From Pedosphaera sp. (lineage in GTDB: Bacteria > Verrucomicrobiota > Verrucomicrobiia > Limisphaerales > SIBH01), in assembly GCA_031414955.1 (NCBI GenBank), contig JANOQV010000184.1:64001-128000 (forward strand): a stretch of 64,000 nt of DNA. The letters are read 5' to 3'. Shown piece by piece: positions 37,445-46,324 of this stretch (the stretch's first letter is position 1; each line of letters starts with the position of its first letter). The position numbers and the translations under genes were made by a program. A model generated the notes under the pieces. The model saw only the letters and a list, made by a program, of their open reading frames with translations. It ran no database searches and was not told the DNA's origin.

Positions 37445-38659
37445 ATGAAAACGCTCATCGACGCCGCGGACCACACGACTCTTTGGGCGCTGATCGCCAT
37501 CGGCACCGCGGTTGCCATCTGGCTGGAGCAAACTTATCGCTGGGCGGCCAAACTGAGCGCGCCGGTGCTGGCCTTGCTCATGGCCATGCTGCTGTCGAAT
37601 ACCCGCGTCGTGCCCACGGAAGCGCCTGCTTATGATTTCGTCGGCGACTGGCTGGTGCCGCTGGCCATTCCGCTGCTCTTGTTCCGCGCCAACCTGCGGG
37701 AAATTTTCCGCGCGGGATGGAAGTTGCTGGTGGCTTTTCACCTGGCGGCCCTCGGGACACTCATCGGAACGGTGCTGGCCGTCTGGCTGTTGCAGGATCG
37801 GCTCGGTTCGCCGGACACCGCGCACGCGGCGGGCCTGATGGCGGCGAGTTACATCGGCGGTGGGGTGAACATGCTGGCCGTGAAGGCGAGCTACAACGTG
37901 CCGGGCAATCTCTACAGCCCGCTGGTCGTGGCCGACAACTTCGTCATGGCGGGATTTTTCATCATCATCCTCAGCATCGGGACAAGCCGCTGGTTTCGCG
38001 CGCGCTATCCGCACCCGCACTCGCTGGAGACGAACCCGGCCAAAGCGGAAAATCTCGCCGCCAAGCACTGGCAGCGGAAAGGCATCTCGCTGCTCGACGT
38101 GGCCAAGTCTTTCGCCATCGCCTTCGCCGTGGTGGCCCTGGCGGGTGGCCTCAGTCGCCTGGCCAAAGGCGCGTTGGGCGACACCTCCCAGTCCGGCGTG
38201 GGCATGCAAATGCTCGTCGTGCTTTGCACCAACCGGTTTGTGCTGCTCACGGGAGTTTCATTGCTGTGCGCCACGCTCTTCGCCCGCTGGATCGCAAAGC
38301 TGAATGGTCCGGAGGAATTGGGCGCGTATCTGCTGATGCTGTTTCTTTTCACCCTCGGCCTGCCCGCCGATCTGCTCACCGTGCTAAAACAGGCACCCCA
38401 ACTGTTCCTCTTCTGCACCATTATCGCGGCCATGAACGTGGGCTTCACGCTGGCCGCGGGAAAACTCCTGCGTTTGAACTTGGAGGAACTGCTCTTGGCC
38501 ATGAACGCCACCCTCGGCGGCCCGCCCACTGCGGCGGCCATGGCCATCAGCGCCGGCTGGCCGCGACTCGTGCTGCCCGGCCTGCTCATCGGCCTGTGGG
38601 GCTACGTCATCGGCACGCCCGTCGGGGTGATGGTGGTGGAGTTTCTCCTGCGCCGCTGA
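37445..38659 (+). CDS. DUF819 family membrane protein (putative transporter)
   Basis: Many TM segments, LAIPLLLFRANL, ASYIGGGVN, ATLGGPPTAAAMA; follows the epimerase by 4 nt. Confidence 0.82.
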   Translation: MKTLIDAADHTTLWALIAIGTAVAIWLEQTYRWAAKLSAPVLALLMAMLLSNTRVVPTEAPAYDFVGDWLVPLAIPLLLFRANLREIFRAGWKLLVAFHLAALGTLIGTVLAVWLLQDRLGSPDTAHAAGLMAASYIGGGVNMLAVKASYNVPGNLYSPLVVADNFVMAGFFIIILSIGTSRWFRARYPHPHSLETNPAKAENLAAKHWQRKGISLLDVAKSFAIAFAVVALAGGLSRLAKGALGDTSQSGVGMQMLVVLCTNRFVLLTGVSLLCATLFARWIAKLNGPEELGAYLLMLFLFTLGLPADLLTVLKQAPQLFLFCTIIAAMNVGFTLAAGKLLRLNLEELLLAMNATLGGPPTAAAMAISAGWPRLVLPGLLIGLWGYVIGTPVGVMVVEFLLRR

Positions 38660-38660
38660 A

Positions 38661-40151
38661 TCAGGCCGGAGCGCCGAAGACTTCCTCCACGCTCTCGAAA
38701 AGCGCGGCCACCATCCGCCGCACTTGCGCGGGCGTGGTGCAATACGGCGGCATGAGCACGATGACATTGCCAATCGGCCGAGTGAGCACGCCGCGCTTCG
38801 CCATCGCGGCGCAGACGCGGAGACCGGCGCGTTCGCGCAGCGCGAAGGGCTGTTTTGTCCTCCAGTTCCTCACCAGTTCCACGCCCGCGATCAGGCCGAC
38901 TTGACGGATGTCGCCGACGTTGGGCAGTGCCCAGAGTGTGTTCAACGCCTCGGTCATGGCTTGTTGCAGGGCGGCGCGGGCGCGAACCGCTGCATTCGAT
39001 TGCAGCAACTTCATGCTGGCCAACCCCGCCGCCGCGCCCAACTGGTTGCCGGTGTAACTGTGACCGTGAAAAAAAGTTTTGAACTCCTCGTACTCACCGA
39101 GAAAAGCATCAAAAACTTCCTGCGTCGTCAACGTGGCCGCCATCGGCAGGTAGCCGCCGGTCAGCCCCTTGGCCAGGCAAAGATAATCAGGTCTGACACC
39201 AGCCTGCGCGGCGGCAAAAAGTCCGGCTGTCGCCGCGCGCGAAGTCTGGTGACTCATCAGGCCGGTCCGACCGAAGCCAGTCATCACTTCGTCGGCGATC
39301 AATTGCGCGCCGTGGGCGCGGGCCAGGTCGGTCGTCTTCTGCAGCCAGCCCGCGGGCTGCGGAATCATTCCCGCCGCCCCCTGCATCAACGGCTCGAACA
39401 CGAACGCGGCGTAAGGTTCACCACGTTGCTTCTTCGCGGCGAAGGCCTGCTCGACCAGCCCCACGCATTCCCAGTCACACTTGCGGGTGGTTCGCGCCTC
39501 GGCCCGTTCGGGCTGGGCGCGATTGAACGGGCACCGATAGCAGTACGGCGACATCACCTTGTCCGACTTGAAGAGCAGTTTGCCGTAGCTTTTGTGGAAG
39601 AGGTCGATGTGACCGAGGCTCACCGCGCCGATGGTGTCGCCGTGATACGCGCCTTCGAGCGAGAGGAAGCGCGGCTTCTTTAGCCCGCGCGCGCGCCGGG
39701 CGAATTCGTAAGCCAGCTTCAACGCGACCTCCAGGGCGGTGGAGCCGTCGTCCGAGAAGAACACCTTGTTCAAACGCGGAACGCGGCGTGCGGAGCGCGG
39801 AACATGCGAGCCGTGGGGATCCAATTCTGCGTTCCGCACTCCGCGTTGCGCGTTCACCTTGACCAACTCCGCCGCCAACAGACTGGCCGGCTCATTGGCG
39901 AAGCCGAGCGCCGAGGAATGCGCGATCTTTCCGAGCTGCCGGCGCAGGGCCGCGTTCAGCTTCGGATGATTGTGCCCGTGCAGATTGGTCCAGATGGAGG
40001 AATTGGCGTCGAGATACTCGCGGCCTTTCACATCGCGCAGCACGGTGCCGCGTCCGCTCGTGATGACGAGCGGCTCGCTCCCGAGCCAGTCCTTCATCTG
40101 GGTGAACGGATGCCAGACGTGGCGATGATCGAGCTGGGCCAGTTTATGCAC
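38661..40151 (-). CDS. bioA: Adenosylmethionine-8-amino-7-oxononanoate aminotransferase
   Basis: VWHPFTQM, GSTALEVALK, YHGDT, QGAAGM, IADEVMTGFGRTG, AKGLTGGYLP, HGHSYTGN; contains an in-frame repeat insertion. Confidence 0.93.
   Translation of the reverse strand: MHKLAQLDHRHVWHPFTQMKDWLGSEPLVITSGRGTVLRDVKGREYLDANSSIWTNLHGHNHPKLNAALRRQLGKIAHSSALGFANEPASLLAAELVKVNAQRGVRNAELDPHGSHVPRSARRVPRLNKVFFSDDGSTALEVALKLAYEFARRARGLKKPRFLSLEGAYHGDTIGAVSLGHIDLFHKSYGKLLFKSDKVMSPYCYRCPFNRAQPERAEARTTRKCDWECVGLVEQAFAAKKQRGEPYAAFVFEPLMQGAAGMIPQPAGWLQKTTDLARAHGAQLIADEVMTGFGRTGLMSHQTSRAATAGLFAAAQAGVRPDYLCLAKGLTGGYLPMAATLTTQEVFDAFLGEYEEFKTFFHGHSYTGNQLGAAAGLASMKLLQSNAAVRARAALQQAMTEALNTLWALPNVGDIRQVGLIAGVELVRNWRTKQPFALRERAGLRVCAAMAKRGVLTRPIGNVIVLMPPYCTTPAQVRRMVAALFESVEEVFGAPA
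39773..39854. repeat. Heptamer-unit (GCGGAAC-like) palindrome inserted in frame in bioA
   Basis: AACGCGGAACGCGGCGTGCGGAGCGCGGAA pairs with TTCTGCGTTCCGCACTCCGCGTTGCGCGTT; same family as 55153-55242. Confidence 0.8.
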
Positions 40152-40243
40152 GCGGGGATTTTAACGCACCAGGTCCGCTGCGCAGAGCGGAAAATGCGGC
40201 GGCGGCCGGGCCCTTCGCCCTCAGCCGGAACGATGCAGAAGCA

Positions 40244-40387
40244 GCCTCACGCCAGGTCCGCCCAGGACGCAAAGGATGGAACCAATGGCATGATCGCAGT
40301 GGCCTGGAAGGTCTCACCAAATGGTGCGGACCATTCGGGCCGGCGAAGATAAATTCCTTTGCGTCCTTCGCGGACTTGGCGTGAGGC
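40244..40387. repeat. 33-bp inverted repeat, CGCnAAG 9-mer family
   Basis: GCCTCACGCCAGGTCCGCCCAGGACGCAAAGGA (40244-40276) versus TCCTTTGCGTCCTTCGCGGACTTGGCGTGAGGC (40355-40387), 3 mismatches. Confidence 0.8.
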
Positions 40388-40420
40388 ACAACCGTTCTCG
40401 ACGGCATCGTCCCGGCACAA

Positions 40421-40516
40421 AACCGGTCTGAAAATTCGGCCCCGGAGTGCGCCCGGGGACGGACGCATTCCGGGGCCAGCGACCTGCGCCGTCCAAACGA
40501 CTTTTCAGACAGGCTC
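40421..40516. mobile_element. MITE-like element, copy 3 (internally deleted)
   Basis: CCGGTCTGAAAATTCGG...GGAGTGCGCCC...GACTTTTCAGACAGGCTC followed by TAA; both ends match copy 1. Confidence 0.72.
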
Positions 40517-41199
40517 TAACTTCCGCCCTGCGCCTCGACCCAGCGCACGGCGTAATGGATCAGTTCCGGCGCCGTGGCGAGGTTCAGTTTTTGTTTCACG
40601 TTCACGCGGTGAACCTCGACCGTCTTGATGCTGATCTTCAGCTTCGTGGCGATTTGCCGAGTGCTCTGGCCCCGGCCGATGAGTTGGAAGACCTCAAACT
40701 CCCGGTCGGTTAGTTGTTCGATGGGCGAGCCCGGCCCGGAGCGCCGCCCGGAGAAGACCTCGAGAATCCGCGCCGCCACCGGCGGGCTGACGTAGGTGCC
40801 GCCACCCAGCACGGCCCGGATCGCCTCCATCAGTTTCTTGCCCCCCTCCTGCTTCATGATGTAGCCGCGCGCACCAGCCCGCAGCACGCGCTCGGCATAA
40901 AGCGACTCGTCGTGCATGGAGATGACCAGGACCGGGGTCTTCGGGGATCGAATCTGCAAATCCTTGATCAACTCCAGGCCGTTGCTTGATCGCAAAGTGA
41001 TGTCCACCAGGGCGAGGTCGGGCTGCGCCTTCTCAATGGCGGCGAGCGCGGAGGGAGCGTCGTCGGCCTCGCCGCACACCGCGAGATCCGGCTCGTTGGC
41101 GATCAGCCGGCTCAGCCCTTCGCGCATCATCGGGTGATCATCAACGATGAAGATGCGTCGGCGGGTTCGGGATGCTGCTGATTTGGACTTCGTGCTCAC
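40516..41199 (-). CDS. NarL/LuxR family DNA-binding response regulator
   Basis: IVDDHPMMREGL, ALVDITL, SMHDE, GYIMK, LTDREFEVF...KTVEVHR; GTG start overlapping the kinase stop. Confidence 0.93.
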   Translation of the reverse strand: MSTKSKSAASRTRRRIFIVDDHPMMREGLSRLIANEPDLAVCGEADDAPSALAAIEKAQPDLALVDITLRSSNGLELIKDLQIRSPKTPVLVISMHDESLYAERVLRAGARGYIMKQEGGKKLMEAIRAVLGGGTYVSPPVAARILEVFSGRRSGPGSPIEQLTDREFEVFQLIGRGQSTRQIATKLKISIKTVEVHRVNVKQKLNLATAPELIHYAVRWVEAQGGS

Positions 41200-42305
41200 G
41201 ATGCCAATTGCGGGGGTACCGTGCAGATCACGCACACCCCGCCCCCCGCGCGGGACTCCACCTGGAGCGTGCCGCCCATCATCGCCGCCCGATGGCGCAT
41301 GATGCGCAGACCCATGCCCGGTCCTGGTTTCCATGCGGCCAGCCCGCCGGTGCCATTGTCCCGGATGTGGAGAGTGATTGGCCCGTCGCCGCCCGCCAGT
41401 TCGATCTCAATGCGTCGCGCGGCTCCGTGCCGGACGGCATTGCTTACCGCCTCCTGAGCGATGCGAAAAAGGTGCGTGGCCACGGCGTTCTCGAAGACGA
41501 GCACCGGCGCGGACCGGCGAAACAGGCACTCGACGCGGAAGAGGCCGCTCACGTCCGTGGCCAGTTGCTGCAAGGCGGACATCAAACCGTGGGACTCCAT
41601 CTCCACCGGCGAAAGCCCGCGGGCCAGCAGGCGCGTCTGGCGGATGGCTTCGCGCACGTACGCGGCCAGCTTCACGGTCTCCACCCGCGCCCGAGCGGGG
41701 AGTTGGGGTTCCATCGCCTGGATCATCAATTCCAGGCCGACCAGGTGCTGCCCCAATCCATCATGCAAGTCCTCGCCGATGCGCCGCCGTTCCCGGTCAC
41801 TGATCTCCAGAATTTCCTGCTCCAGCTTCCGCCGCTCCTCCTCCTCGCGTTTGCGTACGGTCAGGTCCGTGCGGATGGCCATGAATTGGGTGGGCCGACC
41901 GTTCCCATCCACGAAAGGATAAATCGTCGTGTCCACCCAGTAGATGGTCCCGTCCTTGGCCCGGTTGCGAATCTCGCCCTGCCAGATCTGCCCGCAGCCG
42001 ATGCTCTCCCAGAGGTGGGCAAAGAACGCCTTGGAGTGATAACCGGAGTTGATGAGGCGATGATCCTGGCCGAGCAGATCAGCGCGGGAGAATTTTGAAA
42101 TCTCGCAAAACTTGTCGTTCGCGTAAGTGATGCGCCCGCGCGGATCGGTCACGGCCACGATGGAATGCGCGTCGAGCGCGGCCTTGTACTGCTCGAGCAA
42201 GCGGCTGTGCGAGGCATCCGCCGCAGCCAGCACGCGGCCGGCGGCATCCGCCTGGTGCAATCGCGCCATCAATTGTTCGCGGCTCATCAGCGCGTCCTCG
42301 CTCAT
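41196..42305 (-). CDS. Cytoplasmic PAS-domain sensor histidine kinase (HisKA_3)
   Basis: PAS (ITYANDKFC...NRAKDGTIYWV), EDLHDGLGQHL, QEAVSNAVRHG, DNGTG, GMGL. Confidence 0.92.
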   Translation of the reverse strand: MSEDALMSREQLMARLHQADAAGRVLAAADASHSRLLEQYKAALDAHSIVAVTDPRGRITYANDKFCEISKFSRADLLGQDHRLINSGYHSKAFFAHLWESIGCGQIWQGEIRNRAKDGTIYWVDTTIYPFVDGNGRPTQFMAIRTDLTVRKREEEERRKLEQEILEISDRERRRIGEDLHDGLGQHLVGLELMIQAMEPQLPARARVETVKLAAYVREAIRQTRLLARGLSPVEMESHGLMSALQQLATDVSGLFRVECLFRRSAPVLVFENAVATHLFRIAQEAVSNAVRHGAARRIEIELAGGDGPITLHIRDNGTGGLAAWKPGPGMGLRIMRHRAAMMGGTLQVESRAGGGVCVICTVPPQLAS

Positions 42306-42355
42306 TACCGCCAGCCTAACCCTGGCGGCGGCGCGGCGGCGAGAAAGTCTTCCGG

Positions 42356-43237
42356 CTAGGCGTGGGCCAGCTTGCTGCGGTAGCCGGTGGGCGACTGGCC
42401 GGCGATGCGCTTGAACACACGGTTGAAGTGAGTCAACGACTGGAACCCGACCTCATAGGCGATCTCGCTGATGCGCAGGTTGGGGTTGAGCAGCAAGTTT
42501 TTCGCATTCTCGATCCGCAGTCGCGAAACGAAATCCGTGAAGTGCAGGCCGGTGTGCTTCTTGAACAGCTTGCAGAAGTAAAACGTGCTGGTGTTCACGG
42601 CCCGCGCCACCTGGCTCAGGGTGATGTCTTCGCGCTGGTTTTGCCGGATGAATTCCTTGGCGCGGGCGATGACGGGCGGCTCCGCATTCTGCTGTCGGAC
42701 CACTATCTGGTTGCTGAGCAAGGAAAGATGCTGGGCAAAAATGGAGAGCAGTTTCACCACCGCCTCGTGCTCCTTCGGGGCCAGGACACGGGTGCTGAAA
42801 TAATCCTCCTTGAGTTTCGCGGGGTCCGCCGCCACGCCCCACTCGCCGAGCAACTTCGTCACCCGCACAAACTGCGCCGCCGTGGGTTTCTTGCGGAAGA
42901 TTTGACCTGTGTGGAGGAAAGCCACCAGCTGATCGCCCAACCGCACGGGTACGGCCGTGTCGCTCAGCCCGACCTCGCACGTCACCGACTGGGCTTCGTG
43001 GCGCGCGCCCTGGGCGAGCTTTTCCTGCACTTGCAGGCAGGCGGCGCAAGCCCGGCTCTTCGTGGCCAGGGCCGCGCAGAAAGGATTCTCCCCCCGGTGC
43101 TGGTGGTGCGGCAACTGCCAGGACTCGACCGGGCGCAGTGCCACCGGCAGCCCGGTCGCATCGGTAAAGGCTCGCGCATAGTCCTGATAAAGCGTCGAGT
43201 GACCCAGCGCCTCAATGATTTGGTTTTCGTTTTGCAT
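42356..43237 (-). CDS. AraC family transcriptional regulator with PocR-like sensory domain
   Basis: F..ATGL, NPFC, TCEVGL...AVPV, TGQ (PocR-like); C-terminal AraC HTH ISEIAYEVGFQSLTHFNRVFK. Confidence 0.88.
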   Translation of the reverse strand: MQNENQIIEALGHSTLYQDYARAFTDATGLPVALRPVESWQLPHHQHRGENPFCAALATKSRACAACLQVQEKLAQGARHEAQSVTCEVGLSDTAVPVRLGDQLVAFLHTGQIFRKKPTAAQFVRVTKLLGEWGVAADPAKLKEDYFSTRVLAPKEHEAVVKLLSIFAQHLSLLSNQIVVRQQNAEPPVIARAKEFIRQNQREDITLSQVARAVNTSTFYFCKLFKKHTGLHFTDFVSRLRIENAKNLLLNPNLRISEIAYEVGFQSLTHFNRVFKRIAGQSPTGYRSKLAHA

Positions 43238-43527
43238 GACGTTCCTTTTGTCCACCGTTCTTGTTTCGTGGAACGCAAAATACGGAGAGCACGGTTGGGC
43301 AACAATCAGGACGCCCCTAATTCGACACCGGGGTAAAAGAGGATGGCTCGTAAGGGGAAACCTTAGACCTGTGCTGCTCGGTCCTGACGGCCGTTCGGTT
43401 GAACGAACCACGCCCAGCCGACTAAACCCTTGGCCGTTGTCCGGCTCGCGCCCCGGCCGATCGAATCTAATCCGACAGAAGATTGAAGCTCGGGCCAAGG
43501 GGCCGACCTCGTCGCCGTGAGTCGGCT

Positions 43528-44817
43528 TCAGCCAAACTTGCGCTTGAGCCGGACCGCATCAAAAGCCTGTCGGTGCCCTGAGGTCATGCGTTCGAAATCA
43601 GGCGTGCCATCCGCGCGCCGGGGCCAATCGCCACTCGTAGCAGTCGAGGTCACGAGCCTCTGATCTTTTCGTTCCTCACGCGCGGCTGGCTTTGAACCGC
43701 CAATCGGATTGTTCCGCACTTCCCCCGTGGCGCGTTTGGTCGCGCTGCCGTCGTAGCTCATGGACTGGTCGGTGAGTTCAAGGTCTTTCTCCAACGGGCG
43801 ATGCGGCTGGATGCCTTTGCCTTGCAGCACGCCGTGGTAGGCGCGCACGGCTTCCTCGGGCGAGAGCTTGCCATCGGTGATCAGGCGGAGCATCTCGATG
43901 AACGCAAGCTGGTGCTCGGCATTGTTGATCTTGCGCCCGAAGAGCGCCACGCGCGCGCCATACTTCTGCGCGTCATGGATGAGCCGGAAAGCATCGTAAG
44001 TCGTGCCCGCGCCGCCGCCGAGAATGCCGACCACAAGGTTCGGATCGTACTGCGCCAGCTCCTCCATCGCCTTGGGACCGTGATAGACGATCTTCAAGAA
44101 CACAGGTCGTCCTGTGTCGGGCACGCCCGCGAGCGTGCGGAGGATGTTGTCGTTGATGAACTCGCCGAGCTTTTCCGGCGCGATGCCGGAGGCGACGTTG
44201 GGATCAAATATTTCCAGGAAGTGCCGGAATTGCTTCCGCTCCGCCTCTTCGCGAAATTCCTTGTACCAAAGCAGCGCCTCGCGGTCCTGTTCCAGCTCGT
44301 TGACGAACGTGATCGAGTAGAGGCCGAGATTCGCGCCCGGAAACTCACCACCGTCGCGCTCACACTCGATCTCGCCGCACTGGATGTGGTCAATGGCGGC
44401 ACTGCGGAAAGGCTGGCTCGGCTCGCGCGTGTAAGCACCGTGGCGTGCGGCCCACACATCGGTGGTGTCGTTCGCGCGAGCCGCCGGCGTGACGTGGGAG
44501 TTCTTGAACAGCCCCTCCTTGATGGCGAGCTGCTCGTTCACGTAGGCGGACATGAGCATGATGTCGATCAGCCCCTGGTGCGTGACCTCGCGAATGATGT
44601 CGAGGAACTCAGGCAGGTTGCGGTAGCCAAACTCGTCGCGGTTCCAGACCTCGGGCGAGAACTGCGCCGGTCTCTTTCCGCGCCCCGACAAATACTGTCG
44701 CGGCCCCGGCGAGCGCACGCCGAACGCCATGTCCGCGTCCTTCGCGTCGGCAATGATGAACGCCCGCGAGGCGCGGTTGGCTTTGATTTCGGCGAGCTTG
44801 GTGTCGAGAGATTTCAT
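43528..44817 (-). CDS. Conserved hypothetical protein, probable class I aldolase-like TIM barrel
   Basis: FLKIVYHG (candidate Schiff-base Lys), VGILGGG, ALFGRKI resemble DhnA/LacD-type barrel motifs; last gene of the BMC run. Confidence 0.7.
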   Translation of the reverse strand: MKSLDTKLAEIKANRASRAFIIADAKDADMAFGVRSPGPRQYLSGRGKRPAQFSPEVWNRDEFGYRNLPEFLDIIREVTHQGLIDIMLMSAYVNEQLAIKEGLFKNSHVTPAARANDTTDVWAARHGAYTREPSQPFRSAAIDHIQCGEIECERDGGEFPGANLGLYSITFVNELEQDREALLWYKEFREEAERKQFRHFLEIFDPNVASGIAPEKLGEFINDNILRTLAGVPDTGRPVFLKIVYHGPKAMEELAQYDPNLVVGILGGGAGTTYDAFRLIHDAQKYGARVALFGRKINNAEHQLAFIEMLRLITDGKLSPEEAVRAYHGVLQGKGIQPHRPLEKDLELTDQSMSYDGSATKRATGEVRNNPIGGSKPAAREERKDQRLVTSTATSGDWPRRADGTPDFERMTSGHRQAFDAVRLKRKFG

Positions 44818-44820
44818 GGA

Positions 44821-45273
44821 TTAGCCGCGAAAGAACGCAAAGAGCGCAAAGAAGCCGAAAAGAAACGAAGCAATCCGGCTTTCCGGCGAACGTGATGCCT
44901 TGTCGCTCATCGCAAACTTCTTAATCTCGAATCGGTAGGAGCCAAAGTTGATGAGCAGTCCGTGCTCAATGCGCGCGGACTTCAAGTAACCAAGCAGTTG
45001 CGCCACATGGTCATCGGCGATGGTCTTGGCCGCTTTCAGTTCGATGATGATCCGTCCATCAATCAACAGGTCGGCAAAATACTCGCCGATGACCGTGCCG
45101 TCCTCATCGCGAACAGTCAGTGGACTTTGCTGCTTCACATCGAAGCCCAGCTTTCGCAACCGGTGGGCCAGCGCATTCTCGTACACCTTCTCCAAGTGAC
45201 CTTGGCCGTGATAGACGTGGATGTCGTACGAGGTCTGCCGCACCACATCGCACAGTTCCATGATGTCTTTCAT
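44821..45273 (-). CDS. GxxExxY protein (PD-(D/E)XK nuclease-like family)
   Basis: GHLEKVYENAL (GxxExxY), ADLLID..IIIELKA, AQLLGYLK, GLLINFG. Confidence 0.92.
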   Translation of the reverse strand: MKDIMELCDVVRQTSYDIHVYHGQGHLEKVYENALAHRLRKLGFDVKQQSPLTVRDEDGTVIGEYFADLLIDGRIIIELKAAKTIADDHVAQLLGYLKSARIEHGLLINFGSYRFEIKKFAMSDKASRSPESRIASFLFGFFALFAFFRG

Positions 45274-45379
45274 TTGAACCTTTCCTAGTTTGTCATTTTT
45301 AAGCTGCGAAAGAACGCAGAGAACGCAGAGACAATTTCTGTTCCCGTCTTTCTTTGCGCTCTTTGCGTTCTCTCGCGGC
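44824..45379. mobile_element. Putative GxxExxY-carrying element bounded by 29-bp terminal inverted repeats
   Basis: GCCGCGAAAGAACGCAAAGAGCGCAAAGA (44824-44852) versus TCTTTGCGCTCTTTGCGTTCTCTCGCGGC (45351-45379), 1 mismatch; third degenerate arm at 45303-45331. Confidence 0.6.
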
Positions 45380-45384
45380 AAAAT

Positions 45385-46311
45385 TCATGTTCGCACCTTC
45401 GCCAATGTCTCCTTGAGCGCGCGCGCGGACGCCTGCAAGCCCATCAACTCCTTCGGCCACAATTTGATCTCCACATGCTTCAGCACGCCGCCGCGACCGA
45501 CGACGCTCGGCACGCTCAGGCAGATGTCGCGAATGTCGTAGGCGCCTTGGACAAGCGAGGAGATTGGGAGCAGCGCCTGTTTGTTCAGCAGCACGGCGTG
45601 AATCACATCACGGATGGCGACACCCACGGCCCAGCCCGCGCCGCCTTTGCGCTTGATGACTTCCGCGCCGCTGCCTTTGGTGCGCTCGAAGACGGCGTTC
45701 TGGAAACCGGGCGAACATTCTGGCAAGCCGGTGAGCGGCAAGCCGTTCACCGCCGCGCTCGACCAAATCGGGAGCATCGAATCGCCGTGCTCGCCGAGGA
45801 TGAGCGCCTTCACCTGCGTGGGCGCGAGCTTGAGTTCCTCGGCGATGAACGAACTGAAGCGCGAGGTATCGAGCATCGTGCCAAGTCCATAGACTTGCTG
45901 CCAAGGCAGGCCGAGCCGCTGCACGGCGAGTTGCGTGAGAATGTCCACCGGGTTCGAGACCACGAAAACCTGCGCGTCCTTCTTGAAGCCCGCCGCCTTG
46001 ATGCTGTCGAGGATGCCGACGAAGAGCGCCACGTTGCGGTTGATGAGGTCGAGGCGCGATTCATCTGGCTTGCGGCGCAGGCCGGCCGTGATGAGGAAAA
46101 TGTCGCTGTCTGCGGCACGAGTGTAGTCACCCGCGTAAATCTTCTGGTCGCCACAGAACGCGCTGCCATGCAACAAGTCGAGCGCCTCGCCCTCGGCCAG
46201 ATCCTTGTTCGCGTCGAGGATTTGCAGCTCGGCCACCAGCCCGCCGCATTGCAGCGCAAACGCCGCGCAAGAACCTACACGGCCACCGCCGCCGATGATT
46301 GTGACTTTCAT
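45385..46311 (-). CDS. Lactate/malate dehydrogenase family protein (PvmO-like)
   Basis: IIGGGGRVG, GEALDLLHG, ITAGLRRKPDESRLDL, SNPVD, GTMLDTSRF, GEHGDS. Confidence 0.92.
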   Translation of the reverse strand: MKVTIIGGGGRVGSCAAFALQCGGLVAELQILDANKDLAEGEALDLLHGSAFCGDQKIYAGDYTRAADSDIFLITAGLRRKPDESRLDLINRNVALFVGILDSIKAAGFKKDAQVFVVSNPVDILTQLAVQRLGLPWQQVYGLGTMLDTSRFSSFIAEELKLAPTQVKALILGEHGDSMLPIWSSAAVNGLPLTGLPECSPGFQNAVFERTKGSGAEVIKRKGGAGWAVGVAIRDVIHAVLLNKQALLPISSLVQGAYDIRDICLSVPSVVGRGGVLKHVEIKLWPKELMGLQASARALKETLAKVRT

Positions 46312-46324
46312 AAATTGTTTGGTC

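Noticed and set aside
43340..43400. Possible c-di-GMP-I riboswitch upstream of the AraC gene (GGTCTAAG...CTTACGA on minus strand)
   Set aside because: Only one stem is reminiscent; the GGCAAAC/GAAA/GACGCAAA core is not visible; needs an Infernal/Rfam scan
43635..43690. Degenerate GTAGC-type REP within the linker of the barrel protein (encoding QRLVTSTAT)
   Set aside because: Second arm too degenerate and no other copy in this window to confirm
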